This document shows positions 24,891 through 35,152 of a DNA stretch of 64,000 bases, in pieces (within the stretch, counting starts at the first letter, position 1; each line of letters opens with the position of its first letter). The notes beneath the pieces are model-generated. The model was not told the DNA's origin. It ran no database searches and saw only the letters and a program-made list of their open reading frames with translations. The position numbers were made by a program, and so were the translations under genes. Source of the DNA: Alphaproteobacteria bacterium (lineage in GTDB: Bacteria; Pseudomonadota; Alphaproteobacteria; RF32; CAG-239); the NCBI GenBank assembly GCA_045603405.1, contig JAZUMA010000012.1:74306-138305 (forward strand). The letters run 5' to 3'.

Positions 24891-27792
24891 TTTGAAAAAC
24901 ATTTATAACATTCCGTTGAGTTGTTCTTTTTGGGATTCTGTAGCACAAATTTACCTCAATAAATTTGGAAAAGATTATTTAAAATTGGCTTCAGCACTGT
25001 TTTTGGTACCTAATCGTCGCGCCTGCCAATCTCTTATCTCAGCTTTTGTTCGCATTCAAGGTCTAAATCCTACCATTTTACCGCAGATTGTTCCCATTAC
25101 AGAAGTTGATGATGAGGCTCTTTTTTTTAATACATTTAATACTGAGAACAGTCTTTCCGATATTGGCTTGCCTATCTGTAAAGAGGAACGTTTATTTCTT
25201 TTTACCAGAATGATTATGTCTAAACCAACTGATTTCGGATTAAAACAAATTTCTCTGCCGCAGGCATTTAATTTGGCTTTAAGTTTAGCTGATTTTATTG
25301 ATACCGCTATAAATCAAGGATTATCTTTTGACAGGCTAACCGGTTTAGTCCCGGAAAAATATGCTGCGCATTGGCAAGAAACACTGCAATTATTAAAAAT
25401 AATTACTGATTTTTGGCCCGAAATACTAAAAGAGAGAAAAGCTGTTGATACCGCTGAACTTAAAAATATTCTTCTTTATAAGCAAGCTGATGTATGGGAA
25501 GAAAATCAGACAACAAAAACCATTGTTGCAGCCGGTATTACTGCTAATTTTCCGGCAATTATCCGTGTGTTAAAAGTAATTTCCAATTTGCCCAATGGTG
25601 CCATTTATTTTGCCGGAATTGATTCTTTTGCTGATAATGCTTACTGGCAAGCTATAGATGAAGTGCATCCTCAATTTGAATTAAAAGAATTACTTACATC
25701 ACTTAATATAGAGCGCTCACAAATTGCTGACATTTGTCCGCCTCAAAATTCATTACGGGAGAAATTTATTTCTGAAATTATGCGGCCGGCAGTTGTTTCT
25801 CATACTTGGCAATATTTAACCCCAAAAACAATTTCTCCAAAGGCTTGGCAAAATATTGAACTTATTGAATGTTGTTCTCAACATGAAGAAGCTTTGGCTA
25901 TAGCACTTAAGATGCGGGAAATCCTGCTTATTCCCGAAAAAACAGCTGCTCTTATTACATATGATAGAAACCTGGCTCGTCGTGTTTCTTCAGAATTAGA
26001 AAGGTTTGATATCCAAATTGATGATTCGGCAGGCATCCCTCTAAATTTAACACCTATCGGGATTTTTTTAAGATTGTTAATTGAAGCGTCAGAAGATCTG
26101 GACAATAGCACCAAACTTATCGCTTTATTAAAACACCCTTTGTGCCTATGTCATTTAGATTCCTCTACATGTCGTGACTATGTTTACAGATATGAGCTGT
26201 TTCTCAGACAAAAAAAATCTTCCTTAGATGACCGCATTCTTGCGTTTATGGCAGATATCAGGCTGCAGTTACAAAAATTTTCTGTTTTATTACACAATTC
26301 CAGTGTTTCTTTTGAAGATATTTTACAAGCACATATTAAAATTGCAGAGGAGTTTTCATCTTCAAGCTCTACTATCGGTAAAAATATTTTATGGCAAGGG
26401 GATGCCGGAAAGTGTGCGGCACAATTTTTTACTAAAATTATGGAATCTGCCTCCCATTTAGGGATAATATCCGGAAAAGATTATTTATCTCTAATCTGTG
26501 AATTAATGTGTAAAGAAAATGTCCGCCGAAGTTTTGGCACGCATCCTCGTTTAAGTATTCTCGGACCTATAGAAGCACGTCTATGCCATTTTGATTACGT
26601 TATTTTAGGAGAAATAAATGAAGGAATCTGGCCTAAACCGGCATCATCTGATATGTGGATGTCCAGACCGATGAAGAAAGATTTCGGATTTAGTTTACCG
26701 GAAAAATCCGTTGGTATTTTGGCTGCAGACTTCTGTACTTTTTTAGCTTCGGAAAACGTTATTTTAACTCGTGCCGAGCGTATAGACGGTGTACCGATGA
26801 AAAAATCTCGTTGGCTTTTGCGTATTCAAACAGTTTTGCAAGCGTTAGGTTTTGATATCGAATCCTTGCATACACCTGGTTTTATTTCTTTTGTGCAAAG
26901 GATTGATTTGCCTGATAGATACTCTCCCATCAGTGCTCCGGCTCCTTGTCCGCCTGTTGAAGCGCGTCCTCGTAAATTATCTGCCAGTGCCGTTGATTTG
27001 CTGGTAACAGATCCTTATTCTGTTTTTGCTAAATATATTTTGCGCCTTTATCCTCTAGATGCTTTAGATTTACCATTAGATCAGCGCGATTACGGAACAC
27101 TCATTCACGAAATTATTGAAGATTTTAATAATCTTTATCCGACGCAATTTCCTGATAAAGCCTTAGATACTCTTATCCAATTAGGAAAAAAGCACTTTGA
27201 TGATTTTCATCTTAATCAAGAGCTATTTGCTTTTTGGTGGCAAAAGTTTGTTAATATTGCTATTGCTTATATTGCTCAAGATACCAGAGAAAATATATCG
27301 TCTATTCATAATGAAGTTAGCGGATTTATACAATATAATTTACCGCAAGGGTTATTTACTTTTACAGCCAAAGCAGATAGAATCGATATTTTAAAAAATA
27401 ATCAAATTAATATTATCGACTATAAAACAGGCTCCATTCCCTCTAAAAAACAAATTATGAGCGGTCATGCTTTACAACTGCTTTTAGAAGGGTTGATTGC
27501 TAGAAAAGGACAATTTGAAAATATTGCTGTTTCTGAGCTTAATCAACTTATCTATTGGCATCTCGGTGACACAATTTCAAATAAAAATTTATTGGTTATT
27601 GAACCTAAAGAAGATGAGGTTTTAAAAAAATGCGAAGAATATCTTATTCAGCTTGTCTCGATTTTTGACTTTGCCACGACTCCTTACTATTCTCAACCTA
27701 TTCCTAAATATATAAGCAAAAATAGAGATTATGAACACCTGGCTCGTGTTAAAGAGTGGTCGATTCAAGAAGATGGAGAAGATAATGAATAA
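24877..27792 (+). CDS. addB: Double-strand break repair protein AddB
   Basis: PNRRAC, LGPIEARL, DPYSVFAKYIL, ADRID...IIDYKTG nuclease motif. Confidence 0.92.
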   Translation: MKRTDLKNIYNIPLSCSFWDSVAQIYLNKFGKDYLKLASALFLVPNRRACQSLISAFVRIQGLNPTILPQIVPITEVDDEALFFNTFNTENSLSDIGLPICKEERLFLFTRMIMSKPTDFGLKQISLPQAFNLALSLADFIDTAINQGLSFDRLTGLVPEKYAAHWQETLQLLKIITDFWPEILKERKAVDTAELKNILLYKQADVWEENQTTKTIVAAGITANFPAIIRVLKVISNLPNGAIYFAGIDSFADNAYWQAIDEVHPQFELKELLTSLNIERSQIADICPPQNSLREKFISEIMRPAVVSHTWQYLTPKTISPKAWQNIELIECCSQHEEALAIALKMREILLIPEKTAALITYDRNLARRVSSELERFDIQIDDSAGIPLNLTPIGIFLRLLIEASEDLDNSTKLIALLKHPLCLCHLDSSTCRDYVYRYELFLRQKKSSLDDRILAFMADIRLQLQKFSVLLHNSSVSFEDILQAHIKIAEEFSSSSSTIGKNILWQGDAGKCAAQFFTKIMESASHLGIISGKDYLSLICELMCKENVRRSFGTHPRLSILGPIEARLCHFDYVILGEINEGIWPKPASSDMWMSRPMKKDFGFSLPEKSVGILAADFCTFLASENVILTRAERIDGVPMKKSRWLLRIQTVLQALGFDIESLHTPGFISFVQRIDLPDRYSPISAPAPCPPVEARPRKLSASAVDLLVTDPYSVFAKYILRLYPLDALDLPLDQRDYGTLIHEIIEDFNNLYPTQFPDKALDTLIQLGKKHFDDFHLNQELFAFWWQKFVNIAIAYIAQDTRENISSIHNEVSGFIQYNLPQGLFTFTAKADRIDILKNNQINIIDYKTGSIPSKKQIMSGHALQLLLEGLIARKGQFENIAVSELNQLIYWHLGDTISNKNLLVIEPKEDEVLKKCEEYLIQLVSIFDFATTPYYSQPIPKYISKNRDYEHLARVKEWSIQEDGEDNE

Positions 27793-30700
27793 TATTGAAC
27801 AACAAAAAGAAAAATTGATTGAATTAGCAACATCTCAACAAAGAGCTGCTGCTGATCCGCAATATTCTGTTTGGGTTGAAGCTTCTGCCGGAACAGGCAA
27901 AACAAAAGTTTTATCTGATAGAGTGTTACGTCTGCTTTTAAACAAGGTTGATCCGGCAAAAATTTTGTGCCTCACCTACACAAAAGCGGCAGCTGTTGAG
28001 ATGAATGAGCGCATAACAAAGCGTCTCAGTTCTTGGGCTGTAAAAAAAGAAAAAGACCTTGTTGAAGATTTATCAGCATTGCTCGGCCAAGATTTTAATA
28101 TAGAAAATAAAACTGATTTACTTTCTTTAGCGCGTACACTGTTCGCTGTTTTATTAGATACGCCTGGGGGAATAAAAATTCAAACCATTCACAGTTTTTG
28201 TGAAGATATTCTCAAGCGTTTTCCCTTAGAAGCCGGTATATCTCCTTATTTTGAAATTTTAGATGACCGTAACGCGAAAGAAATTTTAGGAAACATACAA
28301 TCTGATTTATTAAATATCACAAATAAAACAGCTCAGCCGGAAATTTATCAGTCTCTTTTGTATCTTGTTGAAAATATAAGTGAGTACCGTTTTCCGCAAA
28401 TCATGAATATGATTACGGAAAATCGCAATAAAATTGACCGCTTATTAAAAATATATCATTCAGACATTAACACGATTACCACTGTTTTAGAAAAAAAATT
28501 AGCCGTGTCTGCTTCCTTATCTGCCGATAAAATCAAAAAATCCTTTTTAGATGAAATTGATTCAACTGAGCTTAAAGAAGTTATTGCAGCTTTTTCCAGG
28601 GGTAGCACAGAGGATCAAAAACGCGCGCAAGCTTTAACAGAAATTATGGAAAACAGCTTTTCTGTAAATTTTTATAATACTTATAAATCTGTCTTTTTGA
28701 CAGATAAAGATACCATTCGCACACGTTTAGCCACACAAAAGGCTATTTCTCTTTATCCAAATTTATTAGACTTTATGCAAAAAGAAGCTCAAAGACTTTT
28801 GCAGACACAAAATAAACTCATTGCACTTAATGTTTTAAAATCAACTTGTGCAGTGCTGCATATTGCACAGTATATCATATCTAAATATAATTCTTATAAA
28901 AAATTGTATTCGGTTCTTGACTATGAAGATTTGATTTTTTTAACTTGCCAGTTACTGGAAGAACATGGTGTTGCTGATTGGGTTTTATTTAAATTGGATG
29001 GAGGCATTGATCATGTCTTGATAGATGAAGCACAAGATACTTCACCGGCTCAATGGGCGATTATCCGTGCGCTTACGCAAGAGTTTTTTGCAGGAATTGG
29101 CGCACATGATGATGTTTCTTCACGCACTATTTTTGTTGTCGGCGATAGAAAGCAATCAATATTTAGTTTTCAAGGTGCGGACCCACAAGAATTTGATAAA
29201 ATGTATAATTATTTTCATGAACGAATCCAAAAATTTTCTAAAATTCATTTAGATGTTTCTTTTCGTTCCACCGCTGCCATCATGGATTGTGTCAATACAT
29301 TATTTGAGGTGTCTGAAGCAAAAAAAGGCGTTATTCCGGATAACGAGCGTATTAATCATCGTCCTTTTCGTTTAGGAGACGGCGGAATAGTAGAAATTTT
29401 ACCTTTACTAAAAAATGATGTATTAAAGGATACCAATGATTACAATTGGATATTACCAATTGTCCGTGAAAAGAATTCATCCTTATCAAATACCTTGGCT
29501 CGTCAAATTGCTCAAAATATTAAAAACATGGTCGAATCAGGTGATATGTTGGTTTCACAAAATCGCCCCGTATGTTATGGTGATTTTATGTTTTTAGTAC
29601 AACGGCGCAATGCGTTTGTAGAAGAGTTTGTTCGTACTTGTAAAGAATTGAAAGTTAATGTTTCAGGTGTTGATAAACTTAAACTATTAGAGCAAATTGC
29701 CGTTCAAGATTTAATTTCTCTCGGTCGCTTTTTATTGCAGCCGATGGATGATTTATCTTTGGCTGAAGTTCTAAAATCTCCTTTATTTTCTCTTACTGAT
29801 GATGACTTATTTAAATTGTGCTATCATCGAACCGGTTCTCTGTTTAACAGCCTTTTAAATAACCCTGCTTATCAATTGCAAGCCGCAAATTTAAAGATAT
29901 TACTTAATATGAGCGGATATGCCAGACCTTTTGAATTGTTTAATTATGTTTTATCCAAAATGTCCGGAAGAAAGCTCTTTATCTCGCGAATAGGAAATGA
30001 GGTTGAAGATGTTCTAGATGAATTTCTAAATTTAACACTTACTTTTGAGCAAAATCATACGCCTTCTTTACAATCTTTTATTTCTTGGATTGTTCAAGAT
30101 GAGGTTATTGTTAAAAAAGAAATGGAACAAGGTAATAATAATGCAGTTAGAATTATGACTGTTCACGGCTCAAAAGGTCTGCAAGCTCCTATTGTTATTC
30201 TGGCAGATACAACACATACTAAAAGTACCGCTCAAGGTTGCGAATTCTTATGGGAAGATAATCTTTTATATTTTCCGACATCTTCTGCAAATTATGATGA
30301 AGTATGTCGAAAAATTAAAGCTAAGCAACTGGATGCAGATTTTGATGAATACCGACGTCTTTTATATGTTGCGCTTACGCGCGCTGAAGACAGGCTTTAC
30401 ATTGCCGGATATACTTCATCATCTGATGCTAAAGAGGAATCTTGGTACAAACTGCTTGAAAAAAATATTTCATCAAATATTTCTCTAAAAGATGATGATA
30501 AGCGTATTGTTTATAAAATCGAGCAGCAGAATCCTTATGAGGAAAAATCCTTTATTATCCCAAAGCCATCGACCTTTAAGGATTATAGTTATTTACTTAC
30601 ATCTGCGCCAATGGAAAGTCCTCTTGCAAAACCGTATACTCCTTCGCATGACGAAAATGAAGAAGATATTGCCGTTTCTCCCTTAGAAGAAAAGCAAAAT

Positions 30701-31156
30701 TTCTATAAAAGAGGGACAGTTATTCATCAACTGCTTCAGTATATGACCTCTGTTTCGCCCCAAAATATTCACAATGTTGCACAAGCTTTTCTCAAACAGC
30801 ATTTACCGGAATTTTCTATTGCAGAACATGATAGGATTATTCAAGAAATATCTGCTTTATATCGTTCTTTTCCTCATATTTTCACCGAATCCTCCATGGC
30901 TGAAGTTCCTATTATCGGCGAAATAGATGGCAGAATCGTTTCTGCTAAAATTGACCGTCTGGTTATAAATGAAGACTCCGTGTTTATCGTTGATTATAAA
31001 ACGAACCGTCCGGCAGCAACATCTATTAAAGAAGTTCCTGATTTATATATTAAACAATTATCTACCTATAAACGCTTACTTGAAAAAATTTACCCCAATA
31101 AAAATGTTGAAACATACATATTGTGGACTAATACTTGTAATATGATGAAACTCTAA
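27785..31156 (+). CDS. addA: Helicase/nuclease AddA
   Basis: ASAGTGKT, DEAQDT, MTVHGSKGL, LYVALTRA, IDRL...DYKT. Confidence 0.95.
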   Translation: MNNIEQQKEKLIELATSQQRAAADPQYSVWVEASAGTGKTKVLSDRVLRLLLNKVDPAKILCLTYTKAAAVEMNERITKRLSSWAVKKEKDLVEDLSALLGQDFNIENKTDLLSLARTLFAVLLDTPGGIKIQTIHSFCEDILKRFPLEAGISPYFEILDDRNAKEILGNIQSDLLNITNKTAQPEIYQSLLYLVENISEYRFPQIMNMITENRNKIDRLLKIYHSDINTITTVLEKKLAVSASLSADKIKKSFLDEIDSTELKEVIAAFSRGSTEDQKRAQALTEIMENSFSVNFYNTYKSVFLTDKDTIRTRLATQKAISLYPNLLDFMQKEAQRLLQTQNKLIALNVLKSTCAVLHIAQYIISKYNSYKKLYSVLDYEDLIFLTCQLLEEHGVADWVLFKLDGGIDHVLIDEAQDTSPAQWAIIRALTQEFFAGIGAHDDVSSRTIFVVGDRKQSIFSFQGADPQEFDKMYNYFHERIQKFSKIHLDVSFRSTAAIMDCVNTLFEVSEAKKGVIPDNERINHRPFRLGDGGIVEILPLLKNDVLKDTNDYNWILPIVREKNSSLSNTLARQIAQNIKNMVESGDMLVSQNRPVCYGDFMFLVQRRNAFVEEFVRTCKELKVNVSGVDKLKLLEQIAVQDLISLGRFLLQPMDDLSLAEVLKSPLFSLTDDDLFKLCYHRTGSLFNSLLNNPAYQLQAANLKILLNMSGYARPFELFNYVLSKMSGRKLFISRIGNEVEDVLDEFLNLTLTFEQNHTPSLQSFISWIVQDEVIVKKEMEQGNNNAVRIMTVHGSKGLQAPIVILADTTHTKSTAQGCEFLWEDNLLYFPTSSANYDEVCRKIKAKQLDADFDEYRRLLYVALTRAEDRLYIAGYTSSSDAKEESWYKLLEKNISSNISLKDDDKRIVYKIEQQNPYEEKSFIIPKPSTFKDYSYLLTSAPMESPLAKPYTPSHDENEEDIAVSPLEEKQNFYKRGTVIHQLLQYMTSVSPQNIHNVAQAFLKQHLPEFSIAEHDRIIQEISALYRSFPHIFTESSMAEVPIIGEIDGRIVSAKIDRLVINEDSVFIVDYKTNRPAATSIKEVPDLYIKQLSTYKRLLEKIYPNKNVETYILWTNTCNMMKL

Positions 31157-31244
31157 AAATTAAGGTTATAATATTTTTAATCTTGAATTACATTAAAAAT
31201 GTACTTATATTGAAAATGTACTATTTTAGCTGAAAGGGAAAAAA

Positions 31245-31559
31245 ATGAGAGCAATTAATGACAGTGAATTTGAAAACGAAGTTCTTAAATCAAAAGGTTT
31301 AGTTTTGGTAGATTTTTGGGCAGAATGGTGCGGTCCTTGCCGTCAGCTTGGTCCGGTTTTAGAAGCTGTTAGTAAAGAAATGGGCGAAAAAGTTAAAATT
31401 TGCAAAATGAATGTTGACGAATCTCCTGCAACTGCTGCAAGTTTTGAAATCAGAAGCATTCCGACAATGTTTTTGTTTAAAAACGGTGAAAAGATTGATA
31501 CAAAAGTAGGTTTTAATTCTCAATCAGCTATTCAAGAATGGTTGAACTCGCATATTTAG
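31245..31559 (+). CDS. trxA: Thioredoxin
   Basis: WCGPC motif. Confidence 0.97.
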   Translation: MRAINDSEFENEVLKSKGLVLVDFWAEWCGPCRQLGPVLEAVSKEMGEKVKICKMNVDESPATAASFEIRSIPTMFLFKNGEKIDTKVGFNSQSAIQEWLNSHI

Positions 31560-31584
31560 TTTTTGATTAATGAGTAATCTATAC

Positions 31585-31625
31585 AAAAAGCCTCACTTTA
31601 GACAGGTGTCTAAAATGAGGCTTTT
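31585..31625. terminator. Bidirectional terminator between trxA and the pyrE-like gene
   Basis: AAAAGCCTCA-c-TTTAGACA-gg-TGTCTAAA-a-TGAGGCTTTT. Confidence 0.85.
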
Positions 31626-31627
31626 GG

Positions 31628-32269
31628 CTAAAGAATACCATGTTCTTTGGCAAAATCCATAAGGACTTGTATCTCTTCATTTGTGAAGAGATTGTTTTCT
31701 CTTCCATAGTCAATCACATCTTTCAATGTGATGACTGTTCTGGCTATAATATGGGCATCTTCCAGTTTTTCTTTGGTAGATTGAAAGCCCATACTAAAAA
31801 GGGGAAATAGTATGGCATCTTTTGCCTTATTTCCTTCTTTATTGCGTAGCGTGTTAATCACGCTAAGGGCCGCACTGCCGGTAACGACCATATCGTCAAT
31901 GACCATTATTCTCGCGTCTTGGCATCTCAATTGACCATTAACCATGTTACATAAACCATACTTTTTCTCATGTTCACGAACAAGCACTAGGTCTTTACCT
32001 TTACAATTGGCAAGACTTGCAGCAATAATCATACCGGCACTGACAATAGCAACATAATCATCTATTGCGTCATTATAAATGTTTATTGCTTCGTTAAAGG
32101 CAGAAACAATGTGACCCCTTAACGCTAATGAGCTTATAGCCTCCTCTGCGTTGAACCAAAAAGGTGATTTACCTCCATCTTTTAAGGAAAAGAAATATTT
32201 TTCTTCCGTCCTTACTAGAAAGAGCCCTCGCTCGAAGAACGCTCTTATTAATAAACTTTTAAAATTCAT
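31628..32269 (-). CDS. pyrE: Orotate phosphoribosyltransferase-like protein (diverged)
   Basis: FSLKDGGKSP, VR..EKKYG, PRPP loop VIDDMVVTGS. Confidence 0.7.
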   Translation of the reverse strand: MNFKSLLIRAFFERGLFLVRTEEKYFFSLKDGGKSPFWFNAEEAISSLALRGHIVSAFNEAINIYNDAIDDYVAIVSAGMIIAASLANCKGKDLVLVREHEKKYGLCNMVNGQLRCQDARIMVIDDMVVTGSAALSVINTLRNKEGNKAKDAILFPLFSMGFQSTKEKLEDAHIIARTVITLKDVIDYGRENNLFTNEEIQVLMDFAKEHGIL

Positions 32270-32448
32270 ATAAATTTAAATTAATAATTAAACAATCTTA
32301 TTGTTTTTGCCCCCAAAATAGATTTTTGTCAAGATGTAAAATAAAAAAAATATGGCTCTGCCGTTTAATATGCACTTGTAACTTTTTTTTGTTTTTGTTA
32401 TATTCATATGTTATATTTGGGTGGCAAATTATGTAAAAGGAGCTTTTT

Positions 32449-33180
32449 ATGGAAAAAATTATGCAATACATTAAAGCCGGAAAAGGAAGAGGCTTAATCT
32501 TTTTGTTGGCAGCTGCTGTGGTTATTTCATTTGTCGGGATTATATTTTTAAAGCAGATTTATAATAGCGCAGAGCCGAAATTTATGCTTGTTGCAGATGA
32601 ATTTTTACCTATCACGGTTCAAGAAGGAAAAATCGTTAACCCGATAGATACTTATAAAAAGGTTGATTTTAAATTCGGTAATGTATTGGATAATTCTGAT
32701 GTGCTACCGATTGTGTTAGATACCAGAAAAGAAACATCAACAATACCGGAGGCTAAATTAGGCATCTTTATCATGACTGATATAGTGTACATAATTTCAC
32801 CAAATAAAATTGAAAAATTCTATTTACCTGATGGCGTGTGGGACAAAGACGCGGTAAAAAATTATTTTGATTCGTTTATCAGTACGGTTTCCTTATTTAT
32901 AGCAGGACTTTTAGTCGCTATTCTGTTCTTATTTTTGCTTATTAAGACCATAATTATTGCTTGGCTCAGTGAACTTTGGTTAAAAGCCATGAAAAAAACA
33001 AATTTACCTGATTTTGCCGCATTCATGCGGTTAAGTGCTGTTATTGTTGCTATATTGAATACGATACTTATGGTATTAGGTGTTTGTTGCAGTTTTTCAC
33101 TCAATATTTGGGTGAGAGGAATCATCGCTTTGGCGCTGGTAATTAGTACGATACTTAAGCTGAGTGAACAAGATGTTTAG
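32449..33180 (+). CDS. Membrane protein, DUF1189-like
   Basis: N-terminal TM, PITVQEGK periplasmic domain with IVLDT, three C-terminal TMs. Confidence 0.55.
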   Translation: MEKIMQYIKAGKGRGLIFLLAAAVVISFVGIIFLKQIYNSAEPKFMLVADEFLPITVQEGKIVNPIDTYKKVDFKFGNVLDNSDVLPIVLDTRKETSTIPEAKLGIFIMTDIVYIISPNKIEKFYLPDGVWDKDAVKNYFDSFISTVSLFIAGLLVAILFLFLLIKTIIIAWLSELWLKAMKKTNLPDFAAFMRLSAVIVAILNTILMVLGVCCSFSLNIWVRGIIALALVISTILKLSEQDV

Positions 33181-33298
33181 AGTTTATCTCGATAAAAACC
33201 AATGTATCTTTTAGGATGTGGTCAAAATATCTTTTTACTTGAATATATTAAGGCATATCTTTAAGATTTCTTTATGAGTAATAACAAAGGGGTTTTTG

Positions 33299-34813
33299 AT
33301 GAGAGCCTGTCCACTGTATTTATTATTTTTATCCGTCTTACTGGCTAAACCGGTATATGCAGATTATGTTTATCGGGAAGATGATGTTCGTCATGTCGAA
33401 GGCGTGCTCTATGATGCAAGCGGAACACCTATAACCGGTATATATGAAGATTTTTATGATGATAACACTCTTAAAAGTCAGAAACAGTATGTTGATGGTG
33501 TTTTAAACGGTGTATCTGTAATGTATAATGAGCAGGGCTATAAAGAAGCTGATATGCCTTTTGTTGATGGTAAATTAGACGGAATTGTTTTTTCTTATTA
33601 CAGTAACGGACAGATGAAAGAACGGATACCTTATCGCCGTGGTCGAATACAAGGGGTTATGCGATCATACTATCCAAACGGCGCAATAAAATCTCGCGCA
33701 AGCTTTAATTCTGATATGAAAACAGGTGAAACACGCGAATTTTACGAAAATGGTAAAGTCAAAGAAATAGCAACATATATCAACGATGTAAAAGACGGAC
33801 CGGCAAAAGTTTATTACCCTGACGGAAGATTAGCTGAAGATTTTGAATATAGTAACGGCGTTATTAACGGCAATCGAAGAACATATTATCGTACCGGTGA
33901 GCTGAAATCTGATGTACAATATATCAACGGACAAAAGAATGGTCTGCAAAGGCAGTATTTTGAAGGGGGAGAGCTTGAATCCGCGGTTAATTATTACAAT
34001 GATAAGGCCGATGGTGAAGGTGTCTTTTATGATGAGAACGGTCACATTAAGATGAAAGTTAACTATAAAAATAATTTGCGTGACGGTGTGGCGCATTCCT
34101 ACTATCCGAACGGAGCTGTCAAATTGGCGGTAACTTATGCAAAAGATGAGCGTAACGGCATGGAAACAGCTTATTATGAAAACGGCAATATTAAAAGCGA
34201 AACGCCGTTTTTTAAAGGAGAAACAAATGGTGTCGGGCGTGAATATTATGAAAACGGAATGCTGAAGTCTGAAATAACGTATGAACGCTCAATAGCAAAT
34301 GGAACAGCTAAGTTTTATGATAATTACGGGCATCTTTTAACAGAAGTTATATATAATAACGGTGTGCGTGACGGCGTGCAGACAGATTATGATGTAGCCG
34401 GTCTCAGAACTTCTCAGGGAATGTATGTTAATGATGTCTTAGAAGGTGAATATAAAGAGTTTTATGCAGATGGTCGTGTTAAGTCTGTTGCAAATTACCG
34501 CGGAGGAAAGTTAGAAGGCGTTACATTAATATATGATGAAGAAGGAAACCTTTCTTATGAAGTTCCTTATGTAAATGATAAAAAAGAAGGAAAGATGAAA
34601 CGTTACTACCCAACCGGAGAGGTTATGGGAGAAGTCAGTTATGAAAAAGGGATGAAACACGGCATGCTCGATGCCTATAATGAAGATGGGACGTTGATGG
34701 CAAAAGTACTCTTTAATAAAGATAAAGCAATTAAAGGGTACAGCATGGACCATGGGCGTAATCCGGTTCCAATGAAAGAAGAAGATATTAAGCTGATTAA
34801 TGATGCTTATTAA
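33299..34813 (+). CDS. Secreted MORN-variant (YwqK-like) repeat protein
   Basis: Signal peptide (VYA); about 18 copies of a 24-aa YYxNGxLKxE..Y..G..xG unit. Confidence 0.85.
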   Translation: MRACPLYLLFLSVLLAKPVYADYVYREDDVRHVEGVLYDASGTPITGIYEDFYDDNTLKSQKQYVDGVLNGVSVMYNEQGYKEADMPFVDGKLDGIVFSYYSNGQMKERIPYRRGRIQGVMRSYYPNGAIKSRASFNSDMKTGETREFYENGKVKEIATYINDVKDGPAKVYYPDGRLAEDFEYSNGVINGNRRTYYRTGELKSDVQYINGQKNGLQRQYFEGGELESAVNYYNDKADGEGVFYDENGHIKMKVNYKNNLRDGVAHSYYPNGAVKLAVTYAKDERNGMETAYYENGNIKSETPFFKGETNGVGREYYENGMLKSEITYERSIANGTAKFYDNYGHLLTEVIYNNGVRDGVQTDYDVAGLRTSQGMYVNDVLEGEYKEFYADGRVKSVANYRGGKLEGVTLIYDEEGNLSYEVPYVNDKKEGKMKRYYPTGEVMGEVSYEKGMKHGMLDAYNEDGTLMAKVLFNKDKAIKGYSMDHGRNPVPMKEEDIKLINDAY

Positions 34814-34939
34814 TATATAAAACTGATTATGGCTGCTTTTTATCCATAGATTCAAAATTTGTTTCGGTGTGTCGATATATAAACTCCGTTTTTGGTGCAC
34901 TTACATAAAATTAAACATTTTTCTATCAAAAAATAAGTA

Positions 34940-34948
34940 TTATCCACA
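34940..34948 (+). promoter_or_regulatory. DnaA-box consensus match
   Basis: TTATCCACA, with a one-mismatch copy TTATCCATA at 34840..34848. Confidence 0.3.
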
Positions 34949-35152
34949 AAAAAAATATTGAAAAATAAAAAAGCTCTGTTAAGGTAAAGATGAATTAAGA
35001 ACTATTTTGTCTCGGAATTATGCTTTTTATAATTAAGGAAAGTTTGGATGTTTTACGTATCCGTTCCGAGATTTTATATTGTGTGAATTTAGCGCATATT
35101 AATAAATGCGAATACAATCGAATATAATTAATCTCAAAAAAATAAATAATGT

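Noticed and set aside
33299-34813. YwqK antitoxin of a toxin-antitoxin system
   Set aside because: The label reflects generic MORN-variant repeats; the protein has a signal peptide and no toxin neighbour.
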